From Geosiphon pyriformis uo1 (taxonomy: Eukaryota > Fungi > Glomeromycota), in assembly GCA_016748015.1 (NCBI GenBank), contig JAAOMT010000243.1, positions 9,271-15,789 of the forward strand: 6,519 bases of DNA, written 5' to 3'. The notes under the pieces were generated by a model, which saw only the letters and a list, made by a program, of their open reading frames with translations, did not search any database and was not told the origin of the DNA. This document shows positions 1 through 6,519 of the stretch, piece after piece; positions within the stretch are counted from its first letter, which is position 1; every line of letters begins with the position of its first letter. A program made the translations under genes and the position numbers.

Positions 1-1950
1 ATAGGCTTGAACATACTTGATAAGAATATTATCCAGAATTTCTGAAACTCTTTTTTTTAATAAGACAAATTTGTAGTCGCAGCTTGCTTAAGCTTCTTGT
101 TTTGTTTTTCCCCAAATCCACTTAATAAAATTATATTCACAATAAAACTTAAAATACAGCCAGAACTTATGTCTACCAATTGCTTTTACGATTTGTTACA
201 ATCATATTTTCTCGACCAAAAAGTCTGGTTGGTTTGCAATACAATGCCAAATACAGCATACAGAAAAAAAATTGACTTCAGATAAAATAAGCAATGTTTT
301 AGCTTTATTATAATCACAATTGCTATATGAATTTTCATCTTTTTTGGATTGCTTCTTTGTATATGTAAAATACAAACCATCAATTCATAAATTTTGTTTT
401 TGTAGAATGCAGTACAATCTTTTTGGCTTACTATTTTTATCTTACATATCTTGGCTGATTTTTATTTTATCTTAAATAAATCATATTGTATAGTACTTTT
501 GTTATTTTAATTTTAATAAGACTGAATCTTAAAAAAAAAAGCAAACATTATTTGTATAAGTATTATGATTGAATAATTGATTAAAGCAAAATATTTCTTT
601 ATAGTTGAGATAAAAATATTCAAAAAGAGGAATTTTTTTTTGTACTAGCTGGTTAATTATATTGTCACTCTTTTATCAGCTATCTTGAAATAATTCTGGC
701 TTAATAATAATTCTGGTTTTTGTTAGAAGATTCAGTTTTTTGCTATTGTTATTATTAATATGCAATGCTCTATGACATGGACACATAAAATCAGAGACTA
801 TTAAGATTTAACTCTTGCCTTTTTTTCTGATGTATTTTTCTTTTTTTATGAACTATATAATAAGTTGGTTGTTAAAAACATAAAAATATGTCTCATTATA
901 AATAACTAAAATATGTTCTATAAAGTCAATAAGCAGATTTAAAATTGGTAATATTATTAATTTCTTATTTTCTAGTTTAAATAACTTTATAAAATAAATA
1001 TATTGTATTATTTTTGTTGTAAATATTTGGTAATATACTATAATATCCTCCTATTTATGCCTATTATAATAAATATTTTGTCTATTTTTGTGAAATATAT
1101 AACCTTATTTTCGCATATATCAAATTATAGTCGATTCTGAAATATAGTAATTATTGATATTAAAGTATTATAGAATAATCTTGTTATAAAGAAAGACTTG
1201 TAACAATAATACTTTTTAGTTTTTAAATTTTGTATTATAAAGTCATTTTAAGCATGTTTTTTAATGTCTTTATTCATAAACAATGAAGTATGCTTGATAT
1301 GTTTGTTTTAAAATCTTGAAAAAAGTTGACCATAAAGAAAAAAATAGTTTGCTCATTTGCATAAACAACAAACAGTCCATTTATTTTCCTAATTTTTTGG
1401 CTTTTTAAGAACAGAAAGTACAGTACAATTATTACTCTTGACTTTGTTTTTTCCATTTAATATATTTGTAAAATATAAAATTAAGCACTACATATAAAAA
1501 TAATCAAAAGTGCTTAAGAATAAAACTTAATATTTTTGTTTATTATGTAAAACACTAAGTTTTTTTGCAAAAAACAAAGCTTTTTTTTATATTGCAGTTG
1601 GTTTTATCTTTTTTTTCTTTATAATTGTTATTTAATTCTGGTTTTTTGTCTTAATAGGAGATTATAAGAGCAAAAAAAGTGGTAATTAGCTTGTATGTTT
1701 TTGTAATTTATATATACTTTTTTTCTATTTTTTTTTATACTTTAAACTGTTTTAAGATTTACTTGTGTATGTTTTTCTTAGATAATATCTAGCTAAATCT
1801 TTCTATTTCAAGAGTTTCTGTTCATTTTTATAAATCAAAAATTCAAGTTTGTATTTAAAATTATATCTTCACTTTTATTTAGTTGTTCATTTTTACAATA
1901 TAATAATTGTAATATTGTTTTTATTTTTAATTTTTTCTGTTTTTTTTCAT
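1..1950 (-). pseudogene. Degraded IS630-Tc1-mariner (ITm) superfamily DDE transposase; C-terminus runs off the left edge, N-terminal limit approximate
   Basis: Hand translation of the minus strand gives the family motifs in order. From the N-terminal side: LLK*KD..LRKTYTSKS (~1755-1815); CLCK*ANYFFLYGQL..*NKH (~1300-1370); ISESTII*YMRK*GY (~1100-1143); YYNRHK*EDII (1039-1071, cf. YxDGHEREDVV); HILVIYNETYFY (cf. LVTHDESxF, D1 codon 895-897); RKKGKS*ILIVSDFMCPCH (772-828); IIKP..QDS** (cf. PG..DGWW); IPLFE..IFCFNQLFNH (cf. FDxSSNH, D2 codon 580-582); KPKRLYCILQKQNL* (cf. PKGxxxxLxERGLW); CCIWHCIANQPDF (220-258); HKFWLYFKFYCEYNFIKWIWGKTK (cf. PKFHCELNxIExxWG, E codon 121-123); CDYKF..VSEILDNI. 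About 19 in-frame stops in 1-1260, a 1-nt frameshift in the T run at 1257-1262, and more frameshifts upstream of ~1600. Consensus motifs are from family knowledge, not a database search. Confidence 0.88.
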
Positions 1951-3130
1951 ATTTTAAGTCTTTTTATTTCTAATCAAATAAATAAAAATAATTAGCACAT
2001 AAATATAAAATTATATAAAAAAAATGTTAATATATATATACAAACAAAACATTTTGTATTTAGAAAACTATTGATTTAAAAAATTGATAAAATTATTATA
2101 TTATTCAAAATATATACAATATACATCTATATTTTCGACCAATTATACAAGATAATATATACATAATCTTCTTATAAGATCTGTAATAAGAGGTCTAATT
2201 TCTTTATTAGCAATATAAAAGAAAGTAATTTTAAAATACTATAACTCTATTAATACATGTTCAATTATTAAAAGAAAAAACAAGTTTTAATCTTTAAAAG
2301 CAGCTTAAAAAGACTTGTTTGATAGTTTTTGTCTTCTTATACTGTATAAAATGCCTTAGCATTTTGAATTCAGGTCTTAAAATATGTAAGTTAAGGTTAT
2401 ATATACCATATAAACAACAGTCTTTTTTTATATAGATAATAGTATATTTACTAAAACTGGCTTTAATTAACATATATTAAATTGCTTAATACTTTGAATT
2501 TTAGTATTACTAAAGATTTTAATTGTTTTTTCAGATGTTATTAATGTTTATATTTATTGTTAATTTTGTTATTGCTAAAACCAATTAATTTTTAATAAGT
2601 TATTTATTCTCAAAATATTTTTTTATATTTAGAATTGTGTATGCTATTAGATTTATGATAAAATAACCAATTTTATGCCAATTATTTTGTATAGCTAATT
2701 TGCAAAAAAATCAACTTTTTTACAAAAAATTAATAGCTAATTAATTCAAAATATTGAGCTTCTTTAGCTTTCCAATCTCTATCCTCGCATTCTCTTGAGT
2801 TAAGATAATGAATATTAAAGCAGTTAATTACTAAAAAAGTTGGTTTTTCTTAAGTAAAAATATTTATTTTATTTTAATAATTGTATTACTACTTGATAAA
2901 ATAATTTCTAACTTAATATATTTCTTAAAAAGAAAAGTTTTTTTTTATATATTTTATTATAATACTATTTTGAGTTTTAGCACTCTTTTTTTTATTAATA
3001 AACTATTAAATATTTTAATAAATTTTTTAAAAATTTGCTAAAATATTCAAAAATTTTGATAAATTTTTGAATATTATATATTAGCCATTAATATTATTAG
3101 TTAGCTATTTTATTTTTAAAAAAAATTAAT

Positions 3131-3250
3131 AATGTAATTATTAACTTGATTAATAATTTAATTATTTACTTAATTATTAATTTAATCATTAATTTAATTA
3201 TTAACTTAATTATTAATTCAATTATTAATGGGATTACTAATTTAATCATA
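3131..3250 (+). repeat. 12-bp tandem array, ~10 units, consensus AA(C/T)TTAATTATT
   Basis: Units at 12-bp phase: aatgtaattatt, aacttgattaat, aatttaattatt, tacttaattatt, aatttaatcatt, aatttaattatt, aacttaattatt, aattcaattatt, aatgggattact, aatttaatcata. Confidence 0.9.
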
Positions 3251-3730
3251 AATTTTTTTAAGAATATATAAGTAAAACTTTTTTAAAGTTATAGAAATTT
3301 ATTTATATTTAAATTAAAAATTCATTCAAAACCAAAATTAATATTATAATATTAACTTATTTTTTTATTATTATTTTTATTATTTTATTTTTATTGATTT
3401 ATGTAATTATTAGTTTTTGTAAAGTATATTAAATAAATGTTTACTAAAAAGTATAACTAATATTTAATAGTGAATTTTAAAAATATTAATATAAAACATA
3501 AAATTTTATTAGTGTGTTATTTTTTGTTAATAATAATAATTATTTTTTAAAAAAAATAGCAACTAAAATATTTATAAAACTGATTTTATATATTTTAATT
3601 TTACTAATTTAATTTGTTTATTAAAGTTAAATTATTTTTTTATTATTTTTATTATTATATAATATTATTTTTTTTGCTGTTTATTAGTATATTATATTTA
3701 ATTATAACACTATTATATAATTTAAGCTTG
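3131..3730. repeat. Left arm of a long AT-rich inverted repeat (foldback/palindromic element); true left end not determinable
   Basis: 3541-3636 matches the reverse complement of 6161-6256 at 85/96 positions without gaps (hand count). 3631-3684 matches the reverse complement of ~3788-3842. ~3131-3380 matches the reverse complement of ~6310-6519 with indels. Confidence 0.85.
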
Positions 3731-3734
3731 CTAA

Positions 3735-3844
3735 ATTATTTTTTTATTTTATTTTTAAAATAGTATTAAAGTTTGATTAACAAATTTATAGATAACAAAG
3801 AAAAACAGTATTATATAATAATAAAATAATAAAAAAAATAATAA
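3735..3844. repeat. Inner portion of the right arm of the palindrome, upstream of the retroelement insertion
   Basis: The reverse complement of 3788-3842 (attattttttttattattttattattatataatactgtttttctttgttatctat) aligns to 3631-3684 (attatttttttattatttttattattatataatattattttttttgctgtttat). Weaker similarity continues toward a centre near 3730. Confidence 0.7.
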
Positions 3845-3897
3845 AAAATAAAAAATAAAAAAAAAATAAAAAAAAAACTCTTTGTCTTCTTAATTTT

Positions 3898-6024
3898 ATG
3901 ACCACAACCAGAGCTAAAAGTAAAAAGGCTGCACCTGATATCTGTCCTAAGATATCTAATAAAATTTCAACCAGAGGAGCTCTTTCTGTTGTAGAAGCAA
4001 CTAGGCAAAACGTTTTAGAAGCCTTCTCCTTACCCAGTAATCATGAGAAACTGCCTTTAGTAACCACTGAATCAACTTCCCCATCTTTGGCTGGTTTTTC
4101 ACCAGTCAAAATTCCTTCAAAGAGACACACTTGGGTTAGTCCCAGTGTTGCCTCCATCTCGACTAAGAGCCCAAAAGTTTTTAATAATAGACCAGTAAAT
4201 AAGCTGGTCTTCCCCTCTATAGACTTAACACTTAGTGTTTCTGGCACCACCTCTTCGAAAATAATGGTCAAAAAGACCAAAAGTTCAGAAAAGTGGGAGC
4301 AGTCACTTGCCTCTGCTATTGTCATACCGAACCCCTTTGTGGTTCCCAATGAGATCCTAGATGAGATCTCAGTAGCATTATCCGGCACATCATCTAAGAT
4401 GGGCCAAGATCAACCACTGGCTGTGTTGTCAAATGTGGTGTCTTCCGGCAGATCATTGCCGGTTTTAGAAGCAAAACAATCTTCTTCTGTAGGGTCACCT
4501 GTTTTTGAAAACTGGGCTGATCAAATGGAAACTGATTTATCTCCTCCTCTAGTTTCTGGTGCTACTTCTGGTGGTGCTTGGGAAACTATTCCTAGTCGTC
4601 AAAAGTTTGCTGGGTGAGTGGCCTCCACTCTGGTGCCTGGTGCTACTTTTAAGACCAAATTGGCTCATGTTAAGACTGTTTTTCAGTCTGTGCATGGTTT
4701 TTTGGGTGCCAAATCTGTTTCAAAAAACAATGTGAAGCTTTTCTGTGTGAAGTTTGCTTCTCAACAGTCTTTGGAAGCTGCGTTTCTGGTTGAGTTTACA
4801 AGCTCTATTCATTTGGCCACACTCAAAATTGCCAAGTCTTTGGTGGTTTCTGAATTTGGTTCTTCTTCTGCTGCTGTTGTGCTGCATAATGTACCTTTGG
4901 GTGTGTCTGCTGCTAACATTAAGTTGGCTCTCAGTGTGTTTGGTAGTGTTGCTTGTGTTGTGCTGAAGCCTGCTGGCATTTGGCAGTATGTGGTGGTTTA
5001 TTTTAAAAAGTTGGACTTTGCTGTGTTTGCTTTGAAGTATTGGTCAGTCTTGGTGGACAAGGATAGTGTTAGAATCCTTCCTCTGGTAAATCAAAATGAG
5101 ACTATTTTGTCTCGTGATAAGTTTAAGGCCAAATTGGTCAACCTTCTCCCTGGTTGTACTGCCTTTGAAATCAGTGATATGATTTCTCAGATTGGTGGTC
5201 GAACATGTTTCATCCCTCGTTCTCCTGATTCTGGTCGTCATTCCCGGTTCGCTTTGGTTACATTTGGTTCTCAAAGTGATTTGAATTCTGCTGTAGTCAA
5301 GACTGGTACTTTAAGGAAATGCCGTATCTGGTGAGAAACTCCTGGCTGCCGGTGCTGCTTTAGGTGTCAAGAAATGGGCCATCTGGCCATAGATTGCAAG
5401 ATTTTCCCACCCCCCATTCCCAAGGTTCCCAAGATTTTCAAGTCTCGTTTTGTGGGTTCTGCTTCATATGCCAAGACTGCTGCTCCTTCTGGTCTTTCTG
5501 AGTTTCCTCCTTTGGTGGCTCCTTTGGCTGCTTTTGTTGTTGATCCTGCTGTTGGTTCTAGATTGAACTTTTTGGAAAAGCAGATTTCGGATTTGGCTGC
5601 TCTGGTTAAGTCTATTGTTGAGCCTATTGGTTCTTTGATTGCTTTGGTGTCTCGTCTTCTTGATGATAATGCTGCTAAGGCTGTTCAGGTCGAGAAGGAT
5701 CTCATTTCTATGAAGAGTGCTGCTAACAATTTTTCTAATCTCTTGGTTGGAGTCTCCAAGAACATTGCTTGTCTTAGATCTGAGGTTGACTTTGGTGATA
5801 TGGATTATGATAGTATGCTGGCTGTTAAGCCTTTCTTTTTAAGTGAGAACACTATTGAGCATGTTATTGCTTTGTGGCGTATGTCTGGTGCTGAAACCAG
5901 AGGCAATATTGAGTCTATTAGATTGTTTCTTAGTGAGTTTATTTTTGACTCTAGGAATCTGAATGGTATCATTGAGAGAATTTGTGGGTTGGGATTATTT
6001 CCACCTACTTCTGATTCAGCGTAG
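3898..6024 (+). pseudogene. LINE ORF1p/Gag-like nucleic-acid-binding protein, 708 codons, interrupted by two in-frame TGA codons (4615-4617, 5332-5334)
   Basis: ORFs 3898-4617, 4618-5334 and 5374-6024 share one frame, and 5335-5373 is open (ETPGCRCCFRCQE). The N-terminus is S/P/K-rich low complexity with an NWADQME motif. Three RRM-like units follow (..LFCVKFASQQSLEAA; VVLHNVPLGVSAANIKLALSVFG..YVVVYF; AKLVNLLPGCTAFEISDMISQIGG..FALVTFGSQSDLNSAV). Then come a CX2CX4HX4C knuckle CFRCQEMGHLAIDC (5356-5397), an SYAKTAA motif and a heptad segment RLNFLEKQISDLAALVKSIVE. Confidence 0.85.
5356..5397 (+). other. CCHC zinc knuckle coding motif (CFRCQEMGHLAIDC), split by the ORF caller
   Basis: Direct translation of tgc ttt agg tgt caa gaa atg ggc cat ctg gcc ata gat tgc gives C-X2-C-X4-H-X4-C. 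Confidence 0.93.
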
Positions 6025-6144
6025 TGAGTCCTTGATTGGGCCGAGTGTCTGATCACATGTAGAAAACGCATGATTTACGTCTATAATGTAATCCCTTCTG
6101 TGGTATTATAGTTTAGGTGGTATTTGGGTCTCGCTTGTTAAAAT

Positions 6145-6519
6145 ATAATAAAAAAAAAATAATAATTTAACTTTAATAAGCAAATTAAATTAGTAAGAAT
6201 TCAATATACAAAATCAGATTTATAAATATCTCAGTTATTATTTTTTTTAAAAAATAATAAGAGAATTTGAAATAGAAAAATAGTTTGTATTATTAATAAA
6301 AAAAAAAAAGAGAAAAAAAATAGTAAAAAAAAAATAAAAAATTAATATTGTTATATTAATCTAAATATAAATGCTTTTTTTAAAACTTTAAAATATTTTG
6401 TTAATATACTCTTAAAAAAAGATTATTAATCAGATTAATGATTATATTAATAATTTAATCAATAATTAAGTCAATAACTAAGTTAATAATTAAGTTAATA
6501 ATTAAGTCAATAATTATAT
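6145..6519. repeat. Outer portion of the right arm of the palindrome, continuing past the window end
   Basis: Reverse-complement match to 3541-3645 and ~3131-3400. It is more than 100 bp shorter than the left arm in the part corresponding to ~3400-3535. Confidence 0.85.
6425..6519 (-). repeat. 12-bp tandem array, ~8 units visible, plus-strand consensus AATAATTAAGT(T/C); inverted copy of 3131-3250
   Basis: Units: attaatcagatt, aatgattatatt, aataatttaatc, aataattaagtc, aataactaagtt, aataattaagtt, aataattaagtc, aataattatat (truncated). Confidence 0.9.

Larger units (their letters stand above)
3878..6143 (+). mobile_element. ORF1-only non-LTR retroelement (LINE-derived, non-autonomous, HAL1-like candidate)
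   Basis: GC content jumps sharply relative to both flanks. It contains a single ORF1-like frame, a ~20-nt leader and a ~115-nt 3' UTR ending in ...ctcgcttgtt followed by A-rich sequence. It interrupts one arm of the palindrome, has a candidate TSD at 3826-3844 / 6145-6165, and shows no RT or endonuclease ORF and no LTRs. Confidence 0.72.

Noticed and set aside
97-383. ORFs 97-285 (+) and 186-383 (-)
   Set aside because: Antisense or off-frame shadows of the transposase pseudogene; the motif-bearing frame is a different minus-strand frame.
1274-1456. 60-aa minus-strand ORF
   Set aside because: Out of frame with the transposase motifs (K*ANYFFLYGQL..NKH) in the same interval, so likely a chance ORF.
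1481-1517. 9-bp inverted repeat ttaagcact / agtgcttaa
   Set aside because: Short, inside the transposase fossil, and expected by chance in AT-rich DNA.
2699-2726. Small hairpin tttgcaaaaaa...ttttttacaaa
   Set aside because: Mostly homopolymer pairing with no supporting context.
3131-3250. CRISPR array or telomeric repeat interpretation of the 12-bp arrays
   Set aside because: There are no unique spacers and no cas genes, and the units are head-to-tail, degenerate, AT-only and internal to inverted arms.
3898-6024. Three-gene operon, or TGA=Trp genetic code / selenocysteine / programmed readthrough
   Set aside because: The split separates the zinc knuckle from its upstream domains, so this is one gene. 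TGG is used for the other Trp codons, and the neighbouring fossil shows TGA, TAG and TAA at Trp positions, so mutational decay is the simpler explanation.
4041-6071. ORFs 4041-4388 (-), 4754-4966 (+), 5044-5274 (-), 5805-6071 (-)
   Set aside because: They overlap the long ORF1 frame in alternative frames or the opposite strand and have no recognisable motifs.
3131-6519. Single TIR DNA transposon or LTR element carrying the ORF as its own gene
   Set aside because: The ORF sits asymmetrically within the right arm (part of that arm, 3735-3844, lies upstream of it), the protein has no transposase motifs, and there are no long direct repeats.

Overview
Eukaryotic, transposon-derived DNA with no intact host gene. 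It is probably from an early-diverging fungus: the ORF1 protein resembles repeat proteins I recall from Glomeromycotina such as Geosiphon, which is unverified. Three layers can be read. (1) 1..~1950, minus strand: a fossil IS630-Tc1-mariner-type DDE transposase that the ORF track misses. It reads in one frame for ~420 codons, but is saturated with C:G->T:A changes, and all three catalytic residues are mutated. (2) ~3131 to beyond the right edge: an AT-rich, nearly spacerless palindromic (foldback-like) element with 12-bp tandem repeats in both arms. (3) ~3878..6143: a younger, GC-richer ~2.26-kb insert in the right arm of that palindrome. Its three annotated ORFs are one 708-codon frame broken by two TGA codons, encoding a LINE ORF1/Gag-like protein (three RRM-like units, a CCHC zinc knuckle, a coiled coil). 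It has a short structured 3' UTR, an A-rich end, a candidate target-site duplication and no ORF2/reverse transcriptase, making it a candidate ORF1-only (HAL1-like) non-autonomous retroelement.
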